This document shows, in pieces, positions 17,202-32,910 of a stretch of DNA of 64,000 nucleotides (the stretch's first letter is position 1; each line of letters opens with the position of its first letter). Source of the stretch: the human T2T-CHM13v2.0 reference genome, Homo sapiens; NCBI RefSeq assembly GCF_009914755.1, contig NC_060926.1. The stretch is one strand, 5' to 3'. The position numbers and the translations under genes were made by a program. The notes under the pieces were generated by a model. It was given only the letters and a program-made list of their open reading frames with translations. It was not told the origin of the DNA and ran no database searches.

Positions 17202-19964
17202 TTATAGTTCCTATGATATGATTATGTATCATATAATAATTGGAGGTGATGGTGAAAGGGGCCATACTTATGCACATGGGCTGCCTCACCTGCACATCAT
17301 CTGTTCACATTCATCATCCCCACAGCACAGAGAGGATATGAAGTTCAGACCATGAACGAGGGCGAATAATCTGGGACAAGCCCCTTTTGCCATCTCTTTC
17401 TCTTCCAAAGGGGTGTAAAAATGTCCACAGCAAGGTCCCAGGCAGCCTCTGTTGGGGATTCCCCGAAAGATGAACTCCTCCTGGTTATATCCCTTTCCTA
17501 AGTGCAGTACCAGCTTACCGCCTGCTACAGCTAATGGCCACGTGCACACATGAATTCACTCATTCAGCAAACATTTATTGAGTTCCCACCCCATGCCAGG
17601 TCCTATATTAGGTGCTTTGCTGAACAGCGAGTCTAGTCCTCCAAGAGTTTACAGTCTCCTTTGAGAGACAAGTAGACAAAGAATTATAATGCAGTGTGCT
17701 GAGCTACTCCAACAGTCTACATGAGGTGTCATCGGAGCGCCACCAGCTGGGTGATGTTTGGGGCATTCAAAATGGGGTCGGGGGCAGGGTTAGCTAAACT
17801 CGATGGCTAGCAGGCAGAAGCCAGTGGCAACACTATCTCTCACCAGCGGTAGTGGGGAAGTGTCAAGGACCACAGCACTTCATGGCTCTTTCCTCTTACA
17901 ACCCTCTCTGAATACAGCCTCCCTCTTCAGAACAGCCAACACTACAGATACTCAAGGAGCAGGTCCAGGGGTCCCTCCTGAACACAACTGACCTTCACAA
18001 GCACCCACAGTCAGCCTGGCTTCCATGTTCTGACTCTCCCTGGAAAGTTCTTTAGAGAAAAGATCCTGTGTTTAGCTCATCTTGGTCTCAGAATCTCTCA
18101 ACTCCCACAAGGGCCTGGGATGATCAGATATCCCATTTTAATAGGATTACTGAAAGGTTAAGAATTTTTACTCAGTTTTTCCCAAATTACTTCCCAAAAA
18201 AGCATGAAGTGTTTCCCTAACAACTTTGGTAACAAATACTCATATGCTGGTCACAGGCAGAAAACTCCCAAGTGACCACATGGCTCCTATGATAGATGGA
18301 GGCTGGAACACATGTCACATGTCACGTAAAGGGGACCCTCATGACCGCTAGAGCTCACAGACGCCGCTTTGCTGTGCTAGGGTGTATTGTGTGCACCACA
18401 TAATCAGGGATATTTCAGAGCTTGGGAAATAAAAAAAGCATTCAGTATGATTCTCTCCATTAGCTAGACAATCAACAAAACAGCCAGAAATGTTATGAGG
18501 ATCATGTTGTTCATATTATACTTAGGAAACTCGATGAAAAAAAATATTTTCCTTAAACTGTTAAACACCTTTTAAAACATCTTCTTTCTTCAAAAGATAG
18601 GAAGGTGTTCTCAAAACCTTACAGAGAGAAAGAAGAGCTAAGTTAGTTTGTTTTCACATTCCAGATGGAAACATGAAAAGCAAAAGATTCACTCAGTGTC
18701 CCAAGGTCAAGTAGAGAGGCATGTGAAGAGCGAAGCACTCAGCCCTGATACTCCCATACCCATCTCTGACGAACACCAGTGTCCTGAATACACAGATGCC
18801 TCTAGAGCAGGCTGGGGGCTGGAGAGATGAGCGTGTCTCCCTCACCTCGCTCTCTTCTCTATTTTTCTTTCCCTAACCCAGCACCCCCTAGGATAAGTCT
18901 CCAAGGCCACTGGGAAGATGGGGGTGGGGAGTTCACCCCATTCAGGAGAGTGTGGAAAAGTCCTAGACTTGGAGTTTTCTCAGAATCTTCTGAGAGACTG
19001 AGTCTCGGGGCCGTATTTCCTCTATCAGTTGTATTAGCTTTTCATGGAGGCTTTCAGATCCCAAATTCTATGGTACTTCAGGAGACACTCCGTGGACCAG
19101 AAAGCACCCTCCACCCTTTAAAAGACCTGGTTCCACTCGCCCTGTGTCTCTGACACTGATATGATGTAGTCTGGAAGGAGTGGTTTTATTTATCTGAGGA
19201 TCTGTTTCCTTGTTATTAAATGGCAATGTGTCTAACGCCTCTGCCTACTTCAGAAACACCCTGAAGGTCTAATGAGATATCAAGCTAAAAAGCTCTTTTT
19301 TTGCTTTTTACACAAAGAGGCTTAATAGACAAAATAGAGTAACATGGCAGACGGCTCACAGACATATCACATCCTGCTTAAAATCCAAGGTTTCCAGAGT
19401 GAGGAAAAGAGGACCAATCAGAGACTCTTGTACAGTCATTTCCTAGGTAACACTCGAACTGACAAACAAATCCTACTGTAAGCAGGAGATGGAAAGGATA
19501 AGCTGCCCGTGCTTCCAGAGGTTTACGTGGTTAGCACCCTCCAGCCTGTGCCACCTGCTGGCACTTCATGGGTGTTTCTGGCAACTGCATGAGATCGGCC
19601 GTGGTTCAGCAAAGGCTCCTCTTGCTATCTGCCTCTGGTGACAGCTGTTATATTTAGCCTACTATTTACACTTTCTCCTCTTATCATACGCTTTGTCTTC
19701 TTATTGTCTATTTACAGCATTAATTTTAGCAGTGAGGTCAACATCTCAGGTACTGAGTGTATGTGTCACAATCAGGAAAACAAAACCTCACTTCACAGCA
19801 CCTTACAATATTTATCCTACATGGATCTGAGCAGAATTGCTATTTGGCTTAGCAACGGGAGATGGTTTGTGGCCAACCACAGTCCCTGGGTGCACCTGAA
19901 CCTCATATACTTAAAGTATACACCTTGATCAGCATTAACATATCTTAATTATGATTAACATAAA

Positions 19965-21514
<1,550 letters not shown>

Positions 21515-23146
21515 TGAGTACGTCCTTAGGAGTACAAAGAAAGTATCAAGTCCAGAAATAGACCTACACATATCCCCCCACCGGAACTAGGCACTGATGA
21601 AAAAGGATTGTTAACAGACAGAAGGGAGGGAGAGTGCCAACCCCCGCCACACACACATTCTCTCTCCCTTCCGTCTGTTAATAATCCACTTTCATCAGTG
21701 CCCAGTTCTATTCTGTTTAGAAGTTGGTAGGTTCTTGCTCTAGGATAAATGAAGAGGTCAATCTTGCTGAGGAAATGGAATTATTTTGTCTTGAGTAACA
21801 ACAGTAAGATGGCACTGATAGTCTGACACAATGATTTCTGCTTCTCTGTGCAGTGCTGAGGAGATGGTGATGGGCAGATGTTGAGGACTTTGACCACATA
21901 TGATTGTTTTTAAAAACAATTAATAAAACTCCCCAATTAAATTCAGAGTTACACTTGACAGCATGTCATACTAGAGGATGAATCTTTCTATTGCTGACGG
22001 CGGATCTCGGAATTATAGGTTATGCTCAAGAAGGAACCTACGGCATTACCCATCCTGAGCTGAGAAGAGCGTCCCTGAAGGCATTTCATGGACTGTTTGA
22101 TACGGCTTAATCTTCTAGAACCAGAGGCGCCAAAAGGCCCACCAACTTGCTTGGAAGCCTCTCCTCTACTCCAACAGCCATCATGTAAGCCAACATTACT
22201 TTCATAGTTATATGCTAAGCACATCCCCTACATCTTTTTATTTTCTTAACAATCCTATAAAGAAATTACCATTATTATTTCCACATTACAAAGAAACTGA
22301 GGCAGAGAGAGATTAAACAGCCAGTTAGAGCATGGCAGGGTTGGGCTGTCTCCTGGGCATCCTTAACCCCTATGCTCCGGGTCCCCCAGGCACTCACTGG
22401 TGCCAAGAGAACCCTCAGGAACTCATTCCCATGGGTGAGGCACTTGCTTCAGAAGACCCCCGGCAGACACGCTGACTGCATGGGCAGCAATCCTGGGAAA
22501 CCATTCACCCTTTACTGCTGCCTCCCAGGTTCTCCCTCCCTCTGTCAAACGTTTCCTGCCTCCAAAGGGTTGCCGTGAAGAATCTACTGCCAGGGCAGGC
22601 TGAGGGGTGGTGGGAATTGAACTTGGATGTGTCAAAAGGGAGGCAAAGGAAAGGATGAGTGTCTTCAGAGAGCGCTTTCACGAGTGGCAAAGTCAGGGAA
22701 GGGGCTGGAAGTCAATGCCTGGGAAGGTGGCTTGGCCACAAGTGGCTAGGAGACACCCGAAAAAGAAGGCATGTGTACAGAAGCCACATTTCCAAGTAGG
22801 AAAGCAGGAGGGAGCTCACAGAGTTAAGGTTGGCACTCCAGCCTGGGTGGAGGGGAGCGGCCCTGAGTGGGAGGGAAGGATGAGTGAGAGGACAAATGGC
22901 ACGCTGTACTGTAGACAAGGGTGTGGGGAGAAGGCAGGCGAGGCTGTCTCGATCCTCCTCAAGGCAAAACTCACTGAGAGTGAGATAATAAATGGCTGAA
23001 GAACATATCAATCACTCCTGACACCCCAAACTACAGGTTGAACACTGAACATGGTGCATACACAGAAGCCTATGATGGAAGAATCACAGTCACCTCCACA
23101 GGTGGGACATCTCTGGGAAAAGTTCTTGGCTGGGGGCTTCCAAATC

Positions 23147-23901
<755 letters not shown>

Positions 23902-25887
23902 TAACATATCTTTGACAAGAGATCTATTTCCAGTTTTGCTCAGGAGCATGGAATCCCATCTGAGGCTCCTACAGGAACACCACCAACCTCTACACGGCCT
24001 GCAGAGCCAGCCTGGCCTCAAGAGCAGGACACACCAGAAAACACCTGTTGAATGGATGCACCAGTGAACAGAGATGGCCACCTCGCCAGAGCCACAATCC
24101 ATGGGGACTGGAGACCAAATGACGCTAATGACTGCAGGGAAATGAACAACTGAGAGGGGCTCCCTTTTATCACTGGAGGGAAGCTGCTTGGTTCTAGTGA
24201 ATGGGAAGGAATTGTAGGCAAAAACTCAGGGAGGAGACAGACAAGGAGAGCTTGGAAGGGGAACCTTACTAATTAAGACAGAGAAAACAAAATTTTGCTA
24301 AGCATCATTTCTGACTTACAACACAAAGTCATTTTTCCTTTCTTCCTTGTCCCTCCTCCTTTGCTCTCCCTATTCCTTCCCTCCTTCTACCCAGAGACTT
24401 CCACGTAAACAGGACACAAAAGCATGACAGAGACCACAGGTGCACACAGAACCTGTGGCCCCCTCTGCAGCTCCGCCTGGAAGTGCCTCCTCTTCCCACG
24501 CCTCCTCCCACTCATCGCCTGCCTTGCCCACAACCACCCTTCCTTCAGATGTCGCATGGAGTGTCTGCTTACTGGGGAAGGTCCCCACATACCTCCCCCT
24601 ACTCCAGGCTTGACAAAAAAAGCTCCTCTGTGTTCTCATGTGATCGTGTCTATTATAGCTGTTATCACTACATATTTAATGTAGCAGCTAATGAGTCTCT
24701 CCCCCAACTGTGCTCCTTGGTAGCAAAAGCCAAGTCCTCTAAGAAGTAAAAGGCTTTGCAGTGCAATGCAAAAACTCTAGCCATTATTGCTATTTGACTC
24801 TGAATCCCAAGTGCCTAGACAGAGGGTTGGTCTGGAGATGAGCAATCAAATGGTAGCCAATATTATTATTATTAGCATATGTTCATGTATTATTTATTGC
24901 CAACATGTGGCTGTTTATTATTCTAATTATAATGATAATCAGCATTATTGCCACATGACCACTTAAGGAGTCTGGGCCCAGACACTGGCCAAGAGCGCAA
25001 GGTGAAGAGGTCATGGTCCACGCAAGGCAGAGGCCACTAATGAGCTGGTCATTGATCAGGACACAGAGATAGCTCAAGGGCAAGGACGGGACTTCTAGAA
25101 CCTTAAATTTAGAAACAATATCATCTTCTTCCTTTGTAAAGCGTGCGACTGTTTATAAAGCATTTCTACATTCATTATTACATCATTTACTTCTCACAGT
25201 TCTGTTGTGGAGTACTGGGTACTGCATCCATTTTTGTCGTGAAGAAACTTGCTCAGAGAGGAAGCGTGATTTGCTAAAAGTCACTCAGCCAGTTAGGGGT
25301 GGGTTAGGCCTAGAGGTCAGGTCTTCCAATGGCATGTTCAGCTTTCCCCAGACAAAGACAGCTACAGCTGACTGAAGCCCAAGAGAGAGCAATACAAGCT
25401 CCATCCAGGGACCCCACAAGGCCAAGCATCAGAGAAGCCACAACTGGACATGTTGAGATGGTGCTCAGGAGCTGAGTCTGAAATCACCTCTGGCCACTAT
25501 TTGGGGCAACCTTGATTAGCAATTCAGAAACTTCAAAAGGCAGAAGAGCAGCAGCCTCCACAGCAGGGCTCTCCTCTACTGCCGATTCTCCTAACTAACT
25601 GTTCATTTGATCCTTATCATAAGCCTTGGATGGAGGTGCCATCTCCATTTTACCTAAGAGGGGCCCCAGAGTCAGGGTGACTGCATGACTTGCCTGCAGT
25701 CACACAGGTAAGAAAAGGTAGAGAGCGCCACACCTTGGACAGATGCGGCCACGCCCAAGCCCTCCCACCATGCTCAGCAGCTTCACTCCAGCGCCACCCT
25801 CCACGTGCTCCACGCATCCCCCCTTCTCCTCATCCCACACTGTCCTGCTGCAGTCTCCACCGATGCTTGGTGCACTTGCATGTGGGC

Positions 25888-26165
25888 TTTTTTTTTTTTT
25901 TTTTTTTTTGAGACGGAGTCTTGCACTGTCGCCCAGGCTGGAGTGCAATCTGGTTCAAGCAATTCTTCCACCTCAGCCTCCCGAGTAGCTGGGATTACAG
26001 GCTACCACCACACCTGGCTAATTTATTTATTTTTTTTGTATTTTTAGTAGAGACGGGGTTTCACCATGTTAGCCAGGCTGGTCTCGAACTCCTGGCCTTA
26101 GGTGATCCGCCTGTCTCGGCCTCCCAAAGTGCTGGAATTATAGGCGTGAGCCACCACGCCCAGCC
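25888..26165 (-). mobile_element. Alu with an internal right-arm deletion
   Basis: Antisense Alu with TSD gcatgtgggcttt on both sides. About 30 nt are missing after ggagtgcaat. Confidence 0.95.
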
Positions 26166-28109
26166 AGCATGTGGGCTTTCAAGAGACAAGGTAGTGGAGG
26201 CACACCCTGGTCAGCAGCACAGAGTGAAGGGGCCCATATGGAAAGGGTCATAGGTGGCAGGAGTAGCCAGAAAGGCCAGGGACAGGCAGAGCCAGCTGGG
26301 GGCCTGCACATCCTCCTGCTTTGGGACAGCCCTCGGCAGCACTGCCCTCAGGAGTGTGGGGAGAAGACAGACAGGAGGCCGGAGCCAAAAAGCCAATGGG
26401 CAGCAGGATCCTAAAGGCCCCATGTGCCAGGGCCAAGATAGTCCTGGACGAGGAGACCAGGTTCAAATCCAGGCTCTGCCGCCACCCAGCTGACGATCTC
26501 AGGAAGATCACTTCAGCTTTCAGAGCCCCTGGGTCCTCGAGCAAAGGAGAAGCTTGCCACCTGCCCCTTCTTACCAAAGCCAGGCGTGGCTGGTGGGGTA
26601 AAAACGGGGAGAGCAAGATACTTCTTTTAAAACAACCCATATTAATATACGCATCACTGTGGAATGGTTAAGACATCATAAAGATATACCATTTTTACTT
26701 GTTAATTAAAAAAATATAATAACTAAATAAAAAAGATGCAGTCGGGGAGGCAGAGGGTCAGTAGTGTCATGGGTTTCTGGAACCTGCTTATTTTGATTAA
26801 AACTATCTTTTCATGCTAAAATAAAACAAACAAAAATTAAGCAGCCTATTGGTAAAAGGAAAGCACTATTACTACCATTGTGGCACAGGCCACACACATC
26901 CCGGCTTCCAGAACTGCAGTTTCAGAGACGGCTCTGCGGAATCTGTTTCATGAACCACCTGCAGGTTGGGAGGCAGCAGCCTGTAGCCATTTGCCCACAC
27001 AGCCCTGGAGCAGAGTCCCCAGGTCCTGTTCCAGTTCCCCAGAGAGCCAGCTGGCCTGACTGCTCCAGCAAAACCCTGAGGGGCAGGCAACACCACGAGG
27101 CTCAGAGTCAACCAACTTTACAGTTGGGAAATTCCAATTGCACAGCTCTCTTACTCAAAACTCACCCATTCCTGCAATTATTCCCACTCTGAGAACCGTG
27201 CAGCGAAACTAAAAAGAAGGCTGCCAAGGGACAGGGCTGGGGAAGGGAAGATGCTGTTTCTGACAGAACCTACAGTCACAGCTGGACAGAAATCCCATGT
27301 AAAACGCAGTTCTGCAACTGAGACTAAGGGGGAGGTGTCACTCGGAGCTAAGTCTGTGACACAGAGGCCCTAAACACTGGTCTCCCTGGTTTTGCCCAGA
27401 TCCTACCCTCACAGCCTGGTTTCTGCAGAAGCAGCAAACTCTCTATGTGCAGCCAGGAGCCATGCTTTATTTAACCTGCATGAAATTATCCACCCACTCT
27501 CAACCAGAGTTTTCAAAAATGTTTAATTAGTTGCCAGTTTATCTCACATTAAACATAGGTTTCCACTTCCTTTTTAACACTCAGAAGACATGATGATGAT
27601 GAGTCTTCCGTACAGCCCACATTCCAGCATGATATCTCCAGAGGAGGCCAGGCCCTTCATCCAAGTGCGCACACCCCAGTTGCCACAGACCTGGTCAGTT
27701 TCTCCTATTTTTGCTTCAGAACTGGCTTCTACCAGCATTTGAGTTTGACTCCTAATTGAGATGAAGCATTGTGAATAAATGCACATTTTGGATTACTGCA
27801 GGCCAGAGGTCAGGGGCCTGGCTGTCACCTGTTGGCTTCTATAAACCTCTAGCCAAGGGAACCAGAAGACCCAGGATGGAGACAGACACGGTCAGCTGCC
27901 ACCTGGCAGCATTTACCTGGCCCCGTGGGCCACTCAGCCCTCAGCCGAGGAGGAGGCCTTCCCCTCTGGAGATGGGAGCTCACACAGCTTGAAAGCTCCT
28001 TAGTTAACAACTCTGAAGGCTTAAACAAAACCACCAGCAAAACCATCTGGCATCGCTTCTTCAGAGTTCTGATGAGATGACCATAAATGGGTGTGATTTT
28101 TAAATCCCA

Positions 28110-28675
28110 CACCAACAATGGATGAAAGGATAAAGAAAATGTGGCATATATACACAATGGAATACGATTCTGCCATAAAAAAAAAAAGTGACATCCTGTC
28201 ATTCGCTACAACACGGATGGAACTGGAGGTCATTACGTTAAGTGAGATAAGCCAGACACACAAAGACAAGCATCACATGTTTTCACTCATGTGCGAATTA
28301 GAAAGAGGTGATTGTGTAAGAGTAAGAAGTAAAACAGAGGATTCCAGAGACTGGGGAGGGGAGGGGGAAGGGAGGGACTTGTTAAAGGATACAAAATTAC
28401 AGCTAGATAGGAGGAATAAGTTCTAGTGTTCTAAACAATTATAGGATGACTAGAGTGAACAATAATATACTATATAGGTTATAATTGTATAATATATCAC
28501 ATATTATATAGCTAGGAGAGGGATACTGAATGTTCCCAACACAGAAATAATAAATGTTTGAGATAATGGATATGGTAATTCACTAATTACCCTAATCTGG
28601 TCACTATGCATGATATGTATCAAAACATCACTATGTACCCCATAAATTATCATTATTGTCAATTTAAAAAAATAA
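28110..28675 (+). mobile_element. L1MA-type 3' end
   Basis: ggataaagaaaatgtggcatatatacacaatggaatac...tacagctagataggaggaataagttctag...ttgtcaatttaaaaaaa. Confidence 0.9.
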
Positions 28676-30434
28676 GTAAATTAAATGTTTACAATCCCAT
28701 AGCACAATTCATCAAAGGTACAGATGGTATGGGTTCTGTAAGGACAGGCGCAACCATGGAATCTTCAGCTTCTCTGAACCCCAGGTGAGGCTGGGTGTTG
28801 GATATGTACACCTTGAGGGGGAATGTAAGTCGGTGAGCTGCTTCTCTTAAGAGTATTTGCACTGTGGGATAATAACAGATTGCTCCCAGTTAAAAGTGGT
28901 TCAGCTATCGGGAGAATAACAAGGAGAGCCATTACAAGGGCCGTGAGCACAGCCATCCATCCCCTATCACATGAGCCCTGCTGGAAATTAATTTTTAATG
29001 CCAAATAAATGAATGTGTCAACTGGCATAGTGCAGAAAATGCCCACCAACAAACATTTCTCAGAGTGGAGGCATATTTGCAAGGCCTATAAAACGTAGAC
29101 GTTACCTGACTGACATCTAACATGTATAATCACACTTGGTGCCCTCATATCTTACCTAAGGTTCAGATTCTGACTGAATGAAATGCAGGCTAGCAAGTCT
29201 GATGGAGGAGGAGGACGCGAGAGTCCCATATGCCAGGCAACCAGGGAGATTGGTTAAGTAGGAGATGAAGAGCACAGGACTGTAATAAATGGTAATATTT
29301 GTTCGGGCTATCTCTGCTTCTGAAAAAGACTAAATACCACAAATAGGTACATTCCTATCCCCATATCCATTTTTCCTCCCTGTCACTGAGATGTTAGAGA
29401 GTAAGCGCTGGCCAACTGTGGTGATAAATAACAGTTAAAATCCTGGTGGATCATTAAAGGGATGGCACTAATCATTTACAAGGGAGTGAGGAAAACAACT
29501 TAAAGCAGCCACTTTCATGCCTCTACTAAATGCAGGAGAATGTCTCACCTCATTTTCATCTTCCCTATAAAAACACACATATACACACAAACACACATAC
29601 ATGCAATACATCACCCAACAAGGATTAATATCTTTTTTCAAAAGTAAAATTAAAGGTCTAATCATTTTGGTCTTATATCAGATGGTGCATGTAGCCAAGC
29701 TCACATCAAATCACATCCTAAGAGGAGACCAGATTTTGCATTCAAATTTCCATTGCAACTTGTACACAGGGAATTATTGTAATGGCAGCATCTTCATCTC
29801 CTGGTAACCACATCAGCTGCCTGTCACGAAGACTGCATGACAGGAGGCTGTAAAAATATTTCTTTTCTCAGCACTCATAAGGGGAGGGAGGGAAAAAGAA
29901 TCAGAGTGCCGGTAATGACTCTCACCCAGAGGACAAAGCAGTCAAAGACACATTTTAATATGAATTTGTGTCCTCCAGTTTCAATATCCCAGTGTCAATT
30001 GTGCCAGAAAACCTAACATGAATAGATTTATGATTGAATTGAGGTGCAAAGGAAAAAAATAATTCTTAATACAACGATCATTGAATGAACACAGAACAAC
30101 AGATGCAAACAACACAGATTGGATCACTCTGCTTCACAAAAATAACCCAATTTCTCTTTACACACACAAAAAGTCTTGCTTTAAAAATAGTGAAAATAGC
30201 TAAGGAAAGGCACACAGAACCCAGTCCTAGCTCACCTATCTGGAGTCTCTTCACCTTGCCCAGTGTTTCTCTCCACCAGGTCATTTGCATCCCTGCAACA
30301 AGTTCTTCTGACCCCCAGAATGTTGTCTGTTCCCTCTCAACATGCCCGACTCCACCCGGGAACCCTGCGATAAGAGGCAGCCCAGGGGGCCAGCGCTGGC
30401 AGGAAGGATTGTTAAGGAAGAAGAAGGACCTTAC

Positions 30435-30531
30435 CACTTCTGGGAGCAGCCTAGTTGAGAGGTCATGGATGGCTTTGACCACTATACATATGGATGACAG
30501 AAGGAATATCACCCCCAAGATGACACAGGCT
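30435..30531 (-). CDS. TMEM163: TMEM163 internal coding exon (97 nt, probably exon 5), transmembrane segment ACVILGVIFLLSSICIVVKAIHDLSTRLLPEV
   Basis: The minus strand reads ttttgcag|A GCC TGT GTC ATC TTG...CCA GAA GTG|gtaagg, with a canonical AG acceptor (30532-33) and GTAAG donor (30430-34). The peptide matches my recollection of human TMEM163 (...REYIACVILGVIFLLSSICIVVKAIHDLSTRLLPEVDDFL...). The exon number is from recall. Confidence 0.95.
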
Positions 30532-30869
30532 CTGCAAAAAACAAAACATTGAGAATCTTAACTGGGAGAACTCACACTGCTGAAGAGTCCACACAATTGA
30601 CAGTGACAAAGACACAATCTGGGAATGAACTCAATTGTAATTTGCCACACCCCCAGGGTGACCACCCACAGTCCATGGATTGACACTAAGTCACCTCTAG
30701 GAGAATACAGTTCAGAGTTTGATCACCAAAGTCAACCACAGGGAAAAGAGATCACCATCCTACAGAAGCTCACAGCATACCATGAATGCTGTCATGGAAG
30801 GGTCTTCAAGGCCGTGAAATCTTTCTCCCTTGCCTGGCAAATGTGATGTTTCATTCCTGCTCAAATGGG

Positions 30870-31060
30870 AAGGCACATGGTTTAACAGCAGAATGGAGGC
30901 TCTGGCATGAGACATGCCAAGCTCTACCATTTACTTAACTTGTGTGATCTTGATTATTGTCTCTCTTAGCCTTGATTTCCTCATCTTTCAAATGGGAATA
31001 TATTCCCTACCTAAAAAGGAAATGAGACAATGCACCAAACATAAAATGGGAAGCCATTAC
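30870..31060. mobile_element. MIR fragment between the two duplicate copies
   Basis: MIR core ctctaccatttact...gtgatcttg...tttcctcatctttcaaatggg. Confidence 0.7.
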
Positions 31061-31932
31061 TGTTAGCTTAAGCAAAGGAAAGTCTACTCTGTCACTTTTG
31101 GATATGACGTTGATAGACCCCTTTGCATTTTCCCAATGATGAAAAGGAGAAATGATTTGGTAATGACAAGACAGGAGTTTGTGGTAAGAGAAACTCTAAA
31201 AGGCAGAAATGAGGGGTAAGAAAGGAGAAGGTCAACCAAGACACTCAGCACGGGCGGAGGCAGGAGCAGGTGTGCAGTGAGGCCAAGGGTGAAGTGAGAG
31301 GACACACAGCTGGGGGTGTGGCATGGGGACTGGCAAAGAAGGCTATGGGACTCAGGACATAGGAAAAGTCTCTGACAACCCAGACACAACAAATCTCAGG
31401 ATGGAAAAATGAAGAGTGACGGAAGATGAAGGTAGGCATGAGGAAATGATACCATTACAAGGGTTAAAATATCAGATGAAGAGGGAGAAAAAAGATAAAA
31501 AATACAAGAGTGACTACAGTGAGGTTGAGATCATTCCTGTCCCAGCTTGATGTCTCCACCATTTGGTGGCCTCCTGAGCAATCTTGCTCCAACTATCAAA
31601 CAAAATCACGTTTTATTATCCACCGTGGAGTCCCTTCTCTAGAGTAACAGCATGGCCCCAAATTGCTCACCTAATTTTGAAGTGGCACCTACTTATAACT
31701 CAGTAAACCTGTGAACAGACCCCATCCTCCATATTTAGGAGTGAGGAATAAAAGCAGGTAAGCGAGGCTGCTTGGATTCCACTCAGCTTCTAAGTCACAC
31801 TGTGGTGTAGGTTTTATTCCTTCAAAAGCAAAGACGGAATCATCGCAGGTTGGAGCAAAACACAAAAAAGAACAGAGATGGAAGGAAAAGGAATGAATGG
31901 GTTAGGAATCAGCACAGACTTGAGCAAATGAA

Positions 31933-32230
31933 TATACACATGGATGATGGAAGGAACATCACCCCCCAAGGGACACAGGCTCTGCAAAAAACAAAACATT
32001 GAGAATCTTAACTGGGAGAACTCACACTGCTGAAGAGTCCGCACAATTGACAGTGACAAAGACACAATCTGGGAATGGACTCAACTGTAATTTGCCACAC
32101 CCCCAGGGTGACCACCCCTAGACCAAGGATTGACAGTAAGTCACCTCTAGGAGCATACAGTTCAGGGTTTGATCACCAACGTCAACAGGGGAAAGAAGTT
32201 GCCATCCTACAGAACCTACATGAATGCTGT
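31933..32230 (-). pseudogene. Partial duplicate (pseudo-exon) of the TMEM163 exon 5' part plus upstream acceptor intron
   Basis: Aligns to 30483-30792 at offset +1450. It has an identical acceptor, ttttgcag|AGCCTGTGTC, with the exon-side A at 31981. Confidence 0.9.
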
Positions 32231-32719
32231 GAGCAACGTGGCCCCATGATCCACCAGGGGCAGAAGAGACAATTCAGGCAATAAGTAGGTGCTAATGTGC
32301 TGCCTGTGTGTGACAGTGCGCCTGGGGCTGGGAAACACAGTCCTAACGCTGGAATCAGGGACAGAGGGGGCCATGATAGAGTCCTGGAGGAATGAGGTGA
32401 ACCTACTGGAGGGCCCTTTAATGACTACATACTGTAGCAAGAGCAGGGATTCCTAAGGCTTGGGAATCATCACTCCCAAAGCACTTGCCTCCTGTTTCGA
32501 AGACAGTTCTGGACCAGCTGTGCTAGGGACCTGGCGTAACCATTCCTCCCTATGAGCACATGTGCATGAGAGGTCCCATTACAGGAGAAGAGCCTAAAAT
32601 CAGGATAGGCCTCCAAGGTAAGTTTCGCAATGTGGTCCTTCCCTCCATTCACAAAACTCCTGAGTGACTCACAGAGACTCACTCTTCAATTAACCTTTTC
32701 AGGTAACTTCAGTCATCAA

Positions 32720-32910
32720 CTCAGCACTTCCCAGCACTGAGAGCACATTGTACTCACCTGGGGAATTCCCTTTTTTTTTTTTTTTTTTTTTTTAAAGTTT
32801 CCTGGACACCACTCCAGTTCAATTTTATCAGAATTTCCAGGGGTGAGCCTAAGCCTCTGCATTTGTTTAAAAGCTCCGCAGGCAATTCTTGTGTACACAG
32901 GATTGAGAAT
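32720..32910. mobile_element. MER5-type hAT MITE with an internal T run
   Basis: atcagaatttccagggg...ctgcatttgtttaaaagctcc.caggcaattct. Confidence 0.6.

Noticed and set aside
28118-28426. ORF resembling the L1 ORF2 C-terminus (also 52192-52392)
   Set aside because: Remnants of truncated L1 copies, not genes.
30078-30518. 146-aa ORF taken as a full gene
   Set aside because: Only 30435-30531 is exon; the ORF reads through the GTAAG donor into the intron.
32251-32265. CTCF-like ccaccaggggcag next to the duplicate
   Set aside because: One G short of the core consensus; cannot be supported from sequence.
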